DNA from: Takakia lepidozioides
Taxonomy: Eukaryota > Plantae > Bryophyta
Length of the DNA: 64,000 bases
Direction: 5' to 3'
NCBI GenBank assembly: GCA_030704615.1
Contig: CM060733.1
Coordinates: 42,222,001 to 42,286,000 of the forward strand
Numbering within the stretch: the first letter of the stretch is position 1; each line of letters opens with the position of its first letter. Made by a program: the position numbers and the translations under genes. Below, piece by piece: positions 13,127 through 25,078 of the stretch. The notes beneath the pieces are model-generated. The model saw nothing but the letters and a program-made list of their open reading frames with translations. It had not been told where the DNA came from and searched no databases.

Positions 13127-16100
13127 TGGAGGAACTAACAGACTATACGCTCGCAATATTACTTACGCAGTGGCATAGGGACGAAACAACAGAGCGGATC
13201 TTTTCTCTTGAGCGATGCTTGCAAGCCCCGCAGGCTTACAAAAATTACCCATAGCTTTTGTGGCAACCATACGTTTATGCTTTGTGCACTACAGGCATTT
13301 CTTCAATTGTTACAGCCAAAACATTCTGTGGGTCTAGAATGAAGAGAGTGAGAGGAATGGAGGAAATCAGGGTGAAGAGCACCACAATTCTGCAGAAACA
13401 AACGATTGCTACCCACAGGCGATACAGATACTGAAGGAGCTGAGATTGCAAGGATTGCAAAGCAAAGATTGGACATTGCATAGACAGTACATGTTACAAT
13501 TCTTGCAGAACTTTGAGCCAAGGACAGGAGCAACAACGGTGAAGGGAGTTGAATTAGTAATTACTCCCCTATACCTCCAGCAATTGTTTCGATTGCCAGC
13601 AGGCCAGGTGCATGTGGAGGAGCACAGGGCAAGACTGCAAATAGGGGACTTATTCCAAGAAGGGAGTTTCTTTAAAACTCAGGGTTATGCTTGTACCAAG
13701 GCCGTGTACCCAGGGCTAAAGGAGGTAGGCCAGGTATTGAACGTTCTGTTTGCCATGAAACAGAACCAACAGTATTTGAGCAGATCCTTCACAGAGGAAA
13801 TACTCAAAGCCCTGAGAGGAGAAGAGGTAGAATGGGCGGACATAATGTACAACGCACTGGTAGAGGAGATGAAAAGATTACAGGGTACTGCCGCAAAGTC
13901 TCCTATCATAGTGTCTGGCCCAATCATTGCTCAAATAATTCTTGATTCTGGCATACTTGATGCGCGAGAAGAAAAAGGAGATGGGAGTGTTTGAGCCAGA
14001 AACCACTGCAATGGAAGAGCAAGGCTCTTCACACAGTGAGGGTGGACTGGCAGGGCAACCCGAGACTAAGAGACAGAGGCGGGGAAAGACTGTAGTGGCG
14101 GATCCTGGCTTCACGGAATCCGCATGATAATGTTTCCCAAGCTTTTGTGCAGGAAGGGGCACAGCAGCACAGAGAACTGCTATTACTGGAAGCAGGACCT
14201 TCAGAGAGGGAAGAGGAAGTTACTTCAGTATCACAGCCATCACAGCCAGAGGATCGGCTTGTCACAAGTTACCACAAGTTGTCCATGCAGTTCAACCAGA
14301 AATAATTGATTTAGAAAAAGAAGGGTTAGATATTCCCACTACAGAACAAGTGGTGGCAGAAATGAGAAGGGGGACCTTCTCTATGAATATTCTGGTATGG
14401 TCAAGGACACAGTGATTCCGGAGGTGCAACGTTGTCCAAGGGAAACCCTGCGGCGCATATAATACACACACCTGTGACGGAGGTACCACAGGTAGAATGC
14501 CAAGACACTGCAGCAGCACCAGTGACGGATGAAGTGGTTCAGGAAGAAAATCTGGTGGGGCAATGGCCTGAATGGTTCGTAAGGCATCACACTGTTGAGG
14601 ATCAGGGAGAAACAGCAGCAAGCTCACCATGATGACCCTCAACAGGCTATGCTTATGAGTTCCATAAGCAGGACACTGAATTTGTTGGGTACTTATGTCA
14701 AATCCCATGTTCCACTACTCAATTGGCAGCTTTGAGGGAGGAACTCAGGAAGAGTTTGAGGCTCGACTTGCCACAGAGTGTGCAAACAAGGTCGATGAAG
14801 AGGTCACTCTCAAAATGCAGCAAAACTTGGAGAGTACAGAAGCGGCTTTGCAATTGGCCAAGGAACAATTGATTGAGGCAGGCCTCGCACAAGAACACTT
14901 GCACGAAGCACATAAGCAACAGCTATACCAAATGCAGGTGAAGCATGAAAGCAAGTTGCAAGAAGTGAATGCACTACATATGGAGTTGCAGACAGTGCAT
15001 GACAGGATGGCCATACAATGTGCTACACTCACAACTATGCTTGACCAATCTACAAAGAAATAAACAGTCAAGCGGAAAAATGTACGAAGGAAGAAGAGAA
15101 TGTGAGCAAATGAAACTCATTGTCGATATGAAGAATACAATCTGTCGCAATGAGGATACTTTCAAGCAATAGGCAGGTTGAAGCTGACCAAGAGAGCACA
15201 TCCTGGAGTTGCAACAAACGGTCATGGCCAATAGAAATGAAATCTCGGTCACTAACAAGGCTTGGAAGGAAGCCAATAATCTGCTTGCTGCTTATGCGAA
15301 TTTGGTTGAACCTCATGCGAAGCGCATGGAGGCTTTACAACAGCAGTTAGAGATGTACAAACTCAGAGAGGAGCACACTCAGAGGAACCACAAGCAACTT
15401 GGTGGATAACCACCTTATGCAGGTCTGGTTAGCACAAGGGCCAGTGGAGGGCAAAGCACCACGAAAGCTCACCCAAAGCGAGATGAATGAGCTCAGACTG
15501 CAAGTGCAGAACATTGCCACAACTACTATAGACAATGTCTATAGTAGGATAGCGGAGTTACAGGAGGATGTAGACGGACTGCAGACTCAAGTGGAGGACC
15601 TCACTTCAATATCGACAAAAAGTCTATATACCTGAGGAACAGCTAATGGCTTCTTATTTACAAGCCAGAACTTTGGCTTTTCAATCTTCTTCACAGAGGT
15701 GCAGGAGATGCCAATGATACAAGAGCCAGTGCCACCAACACCACAACAAGTCTGTGCCAGTAGCTGACCCTGTTGTTACTACAGCCACCCACAGCCACCA
15801 CAGCCTGAGGTATGGGGCAATGCTGCTTTTAACCCACCTAAAACTCCAGCTGCAAGGGAGTACAGTAGGGCTATGATTATGCCCTTCAACCAAATTCCCA
15901 TTGTGTTGGATTTGGTTGGAAAGAATTTAGTCCTCCGCAGTCATTGGCACATTACTATCAAATCATGCGCATTGGCTGCCAGTGGCAACTAGGACTAAAG
16001 TTCTTCCGAACAATCCAATTGAGGATCATCACTTTGCACAGTACTGGCATGAGGCAGGTACCATGTTGAAGGAATTAATTTTTCCAAGTTGTACATGGAT

Positions 16101-16804
16101 TCATTTATACCAAGACCAAGGAGGTAGCAAGTATTGATGCAATCACGCTTTCTGAGTTATTCCAGTGGGGATCATTGGGTCTTACCTTCAGTGCCACCTC
16201 ATATGTACCTATATGAGGCAAAAGTTATGATACAAAAGGATTCTCAAATTCGTTCATGGTTTCATGCGGCCTGGAACAATTTGTCAACACAGAAATTTGG
16301 CATTGATGATATTTTCTATAAGGGACATGTGGCATGGAAATACTTGCACAATTCACAAGTCATTGGTACCCCACTCACCTGGACAGAAAAGGAGCTCAGG
16401 TCTTCACCAATTTTGCCATTCAGCGTTTACAACAAGTTTTAAAATATAAACTTCCAGACATGGTAGGACAACATTGTATGCCCCAGAGGATTCCATAAAA
16501 AGTTCGACAATTAAAACACCTGAGAGGCGATGAGGATTCTGATACAACTGTTTCTTCAGCGGACTCTTTTGACATGGGAGAGACTATGCAATTCAGATGC
16601 AGAAGAAGCGACGGGGGTCTCCTATGCCTGAAAGGTTACCTCGATATCAGCCTCCAGAGGGCCTCACATATCCAGGTAGTGTTCAATCATCTCCGTCAAC
16701 CAGTGACAGACCTCGGGCTCGTACACACAGTCCGCCACGAAACTCTCAACGTCAGAAAGGTGCTCGCTCACAAAGGTTTGCTAATCCCAATCAGTAAACC
16801 GTGA
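13127..16804 (+). pseudogene. Long extra ORF region 3' of pol in Gypsy B: Athila/Tat-style accessory protein with a predicted coiled coil, function unknown
   Basis: Chain of frameshifted ORFs (13446-13994, 14695-15063, 15209-15635 and others). The first part is conserved in copy A (47236-47976). Heptad-like E/Q/L-rich stretch at ~14750-15620. Confidence 0.65.
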
Positions 16805-16817
16805 GGACACGCTTTTT

Positions 16818-16831
16818 GAGAGGGGAAGGGG
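16818..16831 (+). promoter_or_regulatory. Polypurine tract of Gypsy B
   Basis: GAGAGGGGAAGGGG, 3 nt upstream of the 3' LTR. Confidence 0.9.
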
Positions 16832-16834
16832 TAA

Positions 16835-17801
16835 TGTTAGAGGACTGTCTGGGACTTAGACACTTATACGGGATCTGTGGGGTACCCTTAATTTTTGCAC
16901 AGACTGAGACCAACAGGAGCCTTAGGGGTGACAGCAGCGCACTTTAGGGGGGTGACACACACAGCCAACACACACAGCCAACACAGTCCACAGGTCACAG
17001 CCAACACAACCGACACAGCCTCGTCACAGCCAACACAGCCGACACAGCCGACACAGCCGACACAGCCCATCACAGCCAACACAGCCCGTCACAGCCAGTC
17101 ACAGCTTGACACAGCTGTCACGACCATAGGGAACGGATAGCCGGACAGGGAACGACTGGGGGAACAACACCTGCGAATGGAACATGTTAGTTCACGGACG
17201 ACGGTTAGTGAGGGAAACGGTTTAGAACAACGGGTAGGAAGATAAAGCTAGAAGCAAGGACTGAAAGGGGGATCATTCTTTTGGGGATCACTGCTGGAAG
17301 GAGTGGGAAGGAGCACTTCTTGGGAGACTTCGGACATCACTGGGGGAAAGGAGGAGAGAGCGTATCTCTGAGCAGAAAGGGAGAGCACGGAGAGTAGGAG
17401 GAGGATCTGTTGATGCTTAATGAATGCAGGCAGTAGAATTGTAATGTAGAGCAGATTAGAGACTCCATGGCTTCAGCCTGATACTTGATAGATATTAATC
17501 TGATACACACCTCATACTCACACTGTGTAGAGAGATCTGAGTGAAGCTGTGGAATGAATTGATGAGTTGATGGAATCTGATAAATTGATGAAGCAAACTG
17601 ATACTTAATTACCAGCAGTAAGGTAACTAGCTAACATGAATGCGGGAAGGAAAACAAATAGGAAACACCCCCATGATACACTAGCTGTAGGTCATGACTG
17701 ATTGTTCTGAGCGGGCTGAGTACTTAGAGATTTCCAACTCTTCTATCTTGGAGTTTCCGCCTCGGATAGCGAAGGGATGGGTGAGTAAAAGCCGCACGAC
17801 A
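16835..17801 (+). repeat. 3' LTR of Gypsy B
   Basis: Direct repeat of 6121-7094, followed by TSD TTAAC. Confidence 0.95.
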
Positions 17802-17806
17802 TTAAC

Positions 17807-18950
17807 CTCCTCCTGAACGAGCTGCTCTGCCTCGTGGGCAGCCTCCCGCGAGTTCCCCCTCGCCAATTTGTGACAATGGGAACCAACGTGTATGCAAGCT
17901 CGGGTGAGGTCAGGGAAACGGTGCAACACATAGAACTGCTTGGCATTACAAACAGACGTGCAGTGTGGTGGTTCTTTGCAATGCGCACACTTAAATGTGG
18001 ATTTCGGAACCTTCTCCTGAGCTCGAAATGGTTGATGAGCTGTGCCTGTCCAATCGGTCTCGTTCCTGTGACCTCTGGATTTAAAGTGGAAGCAAGTTGG
18101 GGAGAAAACACCGCAACGCGCCCGCACAACAACGTAGCGCACCGCACACCATCGAGCATCTTCATGCTGGTGGTTTTGGTAACGCACCAAGGATGACCGT
18201 CATGTTTTCTATCCATATCTGTCAACATTCCGGACGCCCTCGAGTAGTCCGCCCGAGGGGGAACTCAAAGAAGATATTACACTCGACGTCGGTGGGAAGG
18301 CATGTAACCGATTTAATTGCGAACTTGCTGTAGTCCAGCCCGGCCAGCTCCGACCGGTGTTCCTCCAGGTGAAGCCCTCGCAGAATTTCAAGAATAGATC
18401 GAACTGCGGTGCTCGTGCTGGGAATGACTCCCTCCTCCACTGACGTCCATTGAGGACTTGCCTGATCTCCAGGACGACCTCGGAACAACCCGGTTCTCGC
18501 TCGTCTTCATGGATGGGTTCGGCTCTGGATTTACTTCGTTGCGGACTTCTCTCTTTGAGGTAGCCACTCTCTGATTCGCGGATTGTTTCGTGGAAGGCGC
18601 CAGGATAGAAGGTGCATTTGGCGGGCAAATGAAGTCCCCAACAGCCCTGTATATGACGTTGTCCGATGGTGGAACTCGCCATTCCCTGCCATCGCCCGAA
18701 ATCATCGTGGAGCACAACAATACTCTCGACAACAAGGCCGTTCGAGTCCTTCCTTTCCTCCTCCAAAAAAAACCGACCCCGGTTTCAGGTGGTATCGAAC
18801 GCACAGATATTTCTCCATCACCCGGCAGATGTCCCCTTTGCACGGAAATGAAGCTCTATGCTCGTGAGGAGGGCAGTACACTGTAGCGCTCGGGTTTTCC
18901 GCCATGGGAGATGTGCACACAAGACTGCCAGGATGGCGTGCGGGGAAGCT
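17807..18950 (-). pseudogene. MULE-type transposase, N-terminal part (Cys/His-rich, GCM/WRKY-like DNA-binding region); start uncertain
   Basis: DMDRKHDGHPWC, CAHCKEPPHCTSVCNA and ACIHVGSHCH. Homologous to the N-terminus of the second transposase (58600-58960). Confidence 0.75.
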
Positions 18951-19139
18951 CCCTGGTAGAAGGGGGATGCAGCGATGGGAAGGAATGCGGTGCCGATTTG
19001 TCCGAGCGACGTAGCCTGATCCAAATCCAAGGAGCCAACTATCTCAAAAATCCACAGTCAGAGTGTTAATGAACCTTGTCTCCGGAATGCGGCCCCTGGT
19101 CTTTGCGCAATAACTGCCAACGGTATGCAGTTAGAAAGG

Positions 19140-20760
19140 GGGGGCCGTCCGGATGATGACGGCTGAAGGGGAGAAGCCGGCACCGTGCCGTCACATTACT
19201 ACCCCCGAATGGAAATTCGGCACCCAATATCCAACAGGGGCCCACGGATGAAGTCGTCTGGGCAGAGATCGGCACCTGTCCGACAGAGAACATCCCCCGG
19301 ACGGAAATTCAGCGCCGAATTTCCATTCGGATCCCCCCAAAGGAAGTCCTGTCGGGGGGTCAGGCCGAAAACTGGCGGACATAAAAACCTACGCGGATGG
19401 AAAAACGGCCGAATTTCCATCCGAGGCCTTTCGGATGCAGTCGGCTCGGGGGAAAGGCCGCCATCTGGCCCTCACATTACAACCCCCGGACGGAAATTCG
19501 GCACCGAATATACAACAAAAGGAAGCCCGGATGAAGTCGCCTCGGGCGCAGAGGCCGGCGCGTGTGTGACAGAGAATATCCCCTGGATGGAGATTCGGCG
19601 CCGAATTTCCATCCGGGCCCCCCAAAGGAAGTCGTGTCGGGGGGTCAGGCCGAAAACTGGCCGGCATAAAAACATCCCCAGATGGAAAAACGGCGCCGAA
19701 TTTGCATCCGGGGCGGTTCGGATGCAGTCGGGGAGGGGGACGTGGCCGTCACATTTCAACCCCCGGACGGAAATTCGGCACCGAATATCCAACAGGGGAC
19801 GCCCGGATGAAGTCGCCTCGGGCGCAGAGGCCGGCGGCGCGTGTGCGACAGAGAACATCCCTTGGATGGAGATTCGGCGCCGAATTTCCATCCGGGCCCC
19901 CCCAAAGGAAGTCGTGTCGGGGGGTCAGACCGAAAACTGGTCGACATAAAAACCTCCCAGATGGAAAAATGGCCGCCGAAGTTCAATCCGGGGCCATTCC
20001 TATGCAGTCGGGAGGGGGGGAGGGGGGAGAGGCCGGCACCTGGCGTCATATTTCAACCCCGGACGGAAATTCGGCACCGAATATCCAACAGAGCGGCGGA
20101 GAGGCCGGCACCTCTCCGACAGAGACCATCCCCCGGATGGAAATTTGGCGCCGAATTTCCGTCCGAGGCTGTTCCGATTTGCCGGAAGCAGTGAAGGATT
20201 CCAAGAAAAATCCGAAAAATCAATCGGACACGCTCAGAATTACCTGCAGGAAGGTAATTCAGCGTTTCAAAATTCCTGGCGAATGGAAATTCGGCGCCGA
20301 ATATCCATACGCCAGCGATCCGACTTACCTGCTGGATGGAAATTCGGCGCCAGATCTCCATCCATCCGCTCTCCGCCCAACCTTGCGGATGGAAATCCGG
20401 CGCCGGATTTCCATCCATCGCCTCCGAATTACCTGCTTGAGGGAAATTTCGCACGCCGCCCTACCTGCGCGGATGGAAATGAGGCGGATTTCATCCATCC
20501 GTCGAATTACCTGCGTCAGGGAAATTTGGCGCGCCGCCCTACCTGCGCGGATGGAAATCCGGCGCCGGATTTGCATCCATCCGCTTCCGAATTACCTGCG
20601 TGAGGGAATTTCGTGCGCCGCCCTACCTTGCAGGATGGAAATTCAGCGCTGAATTTCCATCCTGCTGCGCTCCGAATTACCTGCAGGATGGAAATCCGGC
20701 GCCGGATTTCCATCTTGCAGCGCTCTGAATTACCTCTTCGTTGGAAATTCCGGGCGAGTT
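19140..20760. repeat. Central GC-rich array between the two divergent MULE genes: ~280-bp and ~60-bp units built around the palindrome GGAAATTCGGCGCCGAATTTCC
   Basis: Many copies or variants of the palindrome (e.g. 19592-19611, 20141-20160, 20390-20413, 20690-20712), plus GAATTACCTGC repeats. Confidence 0.9.
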
Positions 20761-22229
20761 CCGTCGATTTTTCATCCGACATGGAGGGCTTCATCCGACA
20801 TTTAATTGCGCAGTTGGGCAATAAATGTCCACCGCCGTCGGTTTTCATTCGGGCTGGCGACACATGGCTTTTGGATACGTACCCTAAATCTCATGCTAAT
20901 CTGGCTTAACATGCTATTCGAGGCATGTACCCAAAAACGGAGATCTTTTTCCATTTTGGCTGGGACTTATGCCGCAGGGCGTGGCTCTCCTGAGAGAGAC
21001 CTCACATCCAGACCGCGGCGGAAGTTGAAAGCTCTGTACTACGGACGACGGCCAATCTCTCGCATGGCCAAACTGAAGCTCCAGCAGGAGATTCCAGTGT
21101 CTTGCTCACAACCCGCGCCAACTAAAGCCGAGTACTCTCAGGCAAGCCACTTCTGCTTTCGCTTTGTTCGATTTCTTTTGCTTTCGCTTTGTTGCCTCGC
21201 TTTGTTTTGCATCTTCATCCTGGCTTCGCTGGATGAGTGAAACTTTAGATAGTTGAGTGAACCTTACATTGTTTACAATGCGTGTGCAAATCCGGCAGCT
21301 GTGGAGAAGGCTGCTTGTGCATGTATTCTCAGGCAATGGTTGCATTTGTTTTCATTGTTGTTGCATGGCTCTCCATACTTCCTAAACTTGTTATGTTTTC
21401 ATTTTTGTTACACAATTGTGCTATGGTGGTTGCGCTGCTCGTTGCGATGCTGGTTTTTGCACCGATGTTGGTTTTCACGATTTTTGGGAATGACAGAGTG
21501 ACGACGAGCCCGGCACGCTGGTGGTATCATCGACAGCTCCAACTCATCGCATGTTTGAATCGCCCAACTTGGGGGCGAGAGGGCAAACTTCAACCTTTTG
21601 TTGGTGGACGGAAGGACTTGCAACGAGAGTACGACAGAATAGGCATTGGGGAGGTGGTGCAGGCGGCATGGCAGGTGAAAAGGGCGTGAGGACATGAGGA
21701 CAGCAGATCCGGCAATGGAGGTTGTTCATGCACATGCAGTAGGGCCCGCCCACGCAAAGAAAAAGAAGAAAGCTAAGCACATGCAATCCCGGCGGAGAGA
21801 GAGCCGTCACGGGCTGCGGAGGGGGGAGAGTGAGCAGTGCGTGCGAGGGAGGGTCAGTTCGCCTCAATCAAAGGTGGTCGTCCTGGAGGGCTCCCTGCTG
21901 CTAGCCCTAGTAAAAACAGAAAGCCCGTGAGAGGGAAAAAAAAGAGAAGGCAAAAGAAACAAACGAAGACAGAATGCTAGCCAGGAGGAAAGAGAAAGGC
22001 CACTGAAGAGGCCAGGGGTGCCCAAATGACAGATGCCAATGTAAGCGAGGGACGCACAGAGACGGTGGATCCCTCCAAGACACCACAAAGAGGCAGTAAC
22101 ACACCGGTTAGACCATCGCGGGCAAGAGCAGCCCCCGCAATTACCCATACGGTGGAGAGTGGAGGAGGAGGAAAGAACACCAGAAAGAGCACGGATTGTG
22201 CAAGTTCGAGGTGAAGCCAGGGAGAGGGC

Positions 22230-22553
22230 TGTCAAGTTATTTTACCACTAGTGTGAAACTAGCTAGGAAATAGCTAGCTTTACATATTGATATTTGGGAT
22301 TGGCCCAAGTGTCAATCCAGGGGTCAAGGCAGATTTAGGCCCTGGAGTGGTTATCTTCACGGCAAGCGCGGGAGGCTCATCTTTCTCGAGTTGAGCTCAC
22401 CGCGCCTAGCTATGGCGCCGTAGTGTGGATTCCCCATGGCGTGGGGTGCACTTGGCTTGACTTGTATTTGAGTGATGAGGTTATATATGCATGAGTTTAT
22501 GTTTCAGCTTTGTGAGCTCGCATGAGCTTGTGCTTGTATTCTTTTCTTTATCA
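22230..22553 (+). repeat. Repeat A1 of element C
   Basis: Near-identical to 32747-33073. Confidence 0.95.
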
Positions 22554-22565
22554 CTCGAGAAAGAT
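22554..22565 (+). promoter_or_regulatory. Putative self-priming PBS of element C
   Basis: CTCGAGAAAGAT directly after A1 is the exact reverse complement of ATCTTTCTCGAG inside A (22379-22390). There is no TGG tRNA-type PBS. Confidence 0.7.
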
Positions 22566-24019
22566 CAGCTCGTATCTATGAGTGCTAGATACGAGTTAGT
22601 TGTAGCACTTGTGGTTTTTGCTTGAGAATGAGAGAAACCAGGTTGTTATGCAAGGAGCACCGTGGAGCTCTTGGTTGTTAGAAGCGGAGGCGATGTGGGT
22701 TACGAGGTGGTAGACCTTGGCATTCGATCTTCAGCTTCAGAGATGAAAGCACCATGCTGCAGGTAATTCCAGAGCACCTTGATGGTTCAGATGTGTACAT
22801 GCATGAGCAAGCACGATTGGGAAGAGGACCAGTCAAGAGCAGGTTATAGTGGCTTTGGTGGCAAAGCTGAGAACTGGACTTGGGAATGCGAGCTTTCATT
22901 GTGTGAAGGATTGCAAGACCAAGCGAAAGGGCTGATTTGGCTTGGGGCAAATCAATGCACTTTGTGGAGTGTGGTGAGATTGGGTTTCAATCTCGAGCTT
23001 CAGCATTGAGAGGGCTCTTGTCATGGCAAGAGCAGGGCTGGAACAGGAGCTAAGAGGTGCGGCAAGGCCATGGAATGTGCACCTAGGGTTTCAGAGCTTG
23101 GAAGAAGAGCTCTTGCACCACAAAGAAAGTGTCTTGTGGCTGGAAATGTAAGCCTTAGGGTTTCAGGAGCTTGGCAAAGGCCGTGGAGTGCTTAGTCTTG
23201 TCTTAGAGAGCATCAAGGAGCCAAGGAGCCAAGATAGGGGGCTGATATCTCTTGTGTGAAGAGGTTGCATGTGTGGAGCATGTATTCAGCTCATTGAAGC
23301 TTCCATCTTCAAGCTTGGAGGGCAAGCAGGAAGAGGGAAGGGCTGACTTCCCTTATGTGAGGGCAATGCATGTGTGGAGAGCATGCTATCAGCTGATGAA
23401 GGCTTGCACTTTCAGGTTTGTGGGTGCAAGAAATGAAGCAAAGGAGCTGATTCTCTTATGGTGAGAGTGGGGCATGTGTGGAGCATGCCTTCAGCCCATT
23501 GAGGCTCTTGTTTTCAAGCTTTAGAGAGCTAGAACGGAAGGTCTAGGGCTGGTTTCCACTTGGAGTGAAAGAAAAGCACTTGTAGGGCCTATGTGAGTTG
23601 GGGTTTCAACTTCAAGCTTGAAGGGAGCGCAACTCTTGAAGCAACAGGTGTAGGGGCTGGAATAGGCTCTAAGACAGATGCTATGGCCAATGAGAGTGCT
23701 TGAATGAGTGCTCACAAAGGGCTGGGAACCAGCAGGGCTTGGTTGTTTGCCATTGAGTTTAGTGGCGTGTTTGGGGAGGCTAAGTGAGAAAGAAGGCTTG
23801 GTTTGTGGCAACCACCTCATGGCTTAGGGCTACTATGGTGGTGTGTGGAGCCGAAAGAGCAAGGATACCTTGCTGATTTCCTCACAGTCACCATAGCTCG
23901 GTGGAAAGAAGCCTAGAGTCCAAGAGACACAAACCTAGCTTGGCGTGGCTAAACCCCTTGGAGAAATGGCTAAACTGCCAGAGCGGTCCATTAACGGCTG
24001 TTGAATGGCCTGTTGAGAC

Positions 24020-24420
24020 GCCGGCTGTAGTGGCTGTTGTGACCCCGGCTGTGTGTGGGGCTGTGGGCTGTGTGAGAATGGGCTGTGGGCCCTGTGTGCC
24101 CATGTGAGGCGGGCTGTGACCCTGCCTTTGAGGCGGGCTGTTGGGCCTGAAGGCGGCCCCATGGCCTTTGGGGCTGTGAAGGGCTGTGACAGTGGGCTGT
24201 GACTGTGGGCTGTATGTTGTGAGGGGCTGTGAGTGGGCCCGGCCCGTGTGAGGGGTGACGGCTGTGGGTGCCTGAGGCCTTTGAGGTGAGTGAGGGGCTG
24301 TGAAAGTGGGGACTGTGCCCAGTGGCCTGTGGGCTGTGACGGCTGTGACCAGTGGTGTGGGCCTGTGCTGGTCTGTGGTGGCCCGTGTTGACCTGTGGAC
24401 GGCCTGTGCTGACTCGTGGA
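24020..24420. repeat. Degenerate GGCTGTG(A) repeat tract in the long 5' leader of element C
   Basis: More than 10 copies of ggctgtg or close variants. Confidence 0.75.
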
Positions 24421-25078
24421 GGCACTGGTGGACTGCCTAAGGACTGGCATGTGGTCTGGAAGGCCGAATTTTGAAGCTCGTGGAGGGCGGTTTGAGGAGT
24501 ATCTTCATGATATTCCCATGGTCATGCAAGTGAGGGAAGAGAGGAGAGGAAGAGAGTTGGGATGAGGGCATGCTGGGGTTAGGCATTGCTTTAGCTTCTC
24601 TTCCTCGTAGTTTCCACCCTCTCATTAGGCCAAGACCTTTCCGTAGGTGGAGGCAAGAGTCAGTCCGGGTTGGGCTGGGGTGTCCTTGCAGGAGCAACAC
24701 CGTGGAGTTGTTTTTGGTGTGGGGGAGTTGTGTCTGATTTCTTGTGTTTGGATCCCCTCCATACCTGCATGCTTGACTGTGCGCCATGCTAGTTTTGTGT
24801 GGGCGCTTGTTTTTATAGGTGATTGGTCCGGATTTGATCACCGGCCAGTCCTAGAGCATGCTGTCGATGGTGAGGCTGGGGTGATGACCAGCCAGACCAT
24901 CATTGTTTCTCCTGTGGTGAGGTTGGAGTGATGACCAGCCAACCATAGGAGTGCTTGCGGTGGATGCAGGTACAGGTGTAGGCTATGTTAGGAACTTAGT
25001 ATTCCAAACCATAAGCCGCAACAGGTTCTCTACCCGGTTACCTTGTGGAGAGGGGGTTAGGGACATGTTCATGACCGG

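Larger units (their letters stand above)
6121..17801 (+). mobile_element. Ty3/Gypsy LTR retrotransposon copy B (same family as A), two LTRs, inserted in the MULE transposase gene
   Basis: LTRs with TG...CA ends; 5-bp TSD TTAAC at 6116-6120 and 17802-17806; PBS and PPT present. Removing B restores the transposase frame (...VQEEVKLRPGAKPK...). Confidence 0.97.

Noticed and set aside
19185-20863. Long ORFs in the palindrome arrays (MEIRRRISI..., also 39700-43200, 2950-3520, 48600-55200)
   Set aside because: These are translations of tandem or palindromic repeats, open on both strands, with no protein-family motifs.
23083-23165. TAGGGTTT telomere/telo-box-like motifs (also ~62248-62262)
   Set aside because: Only one or two isolated copies each, not distinguishable from chance.
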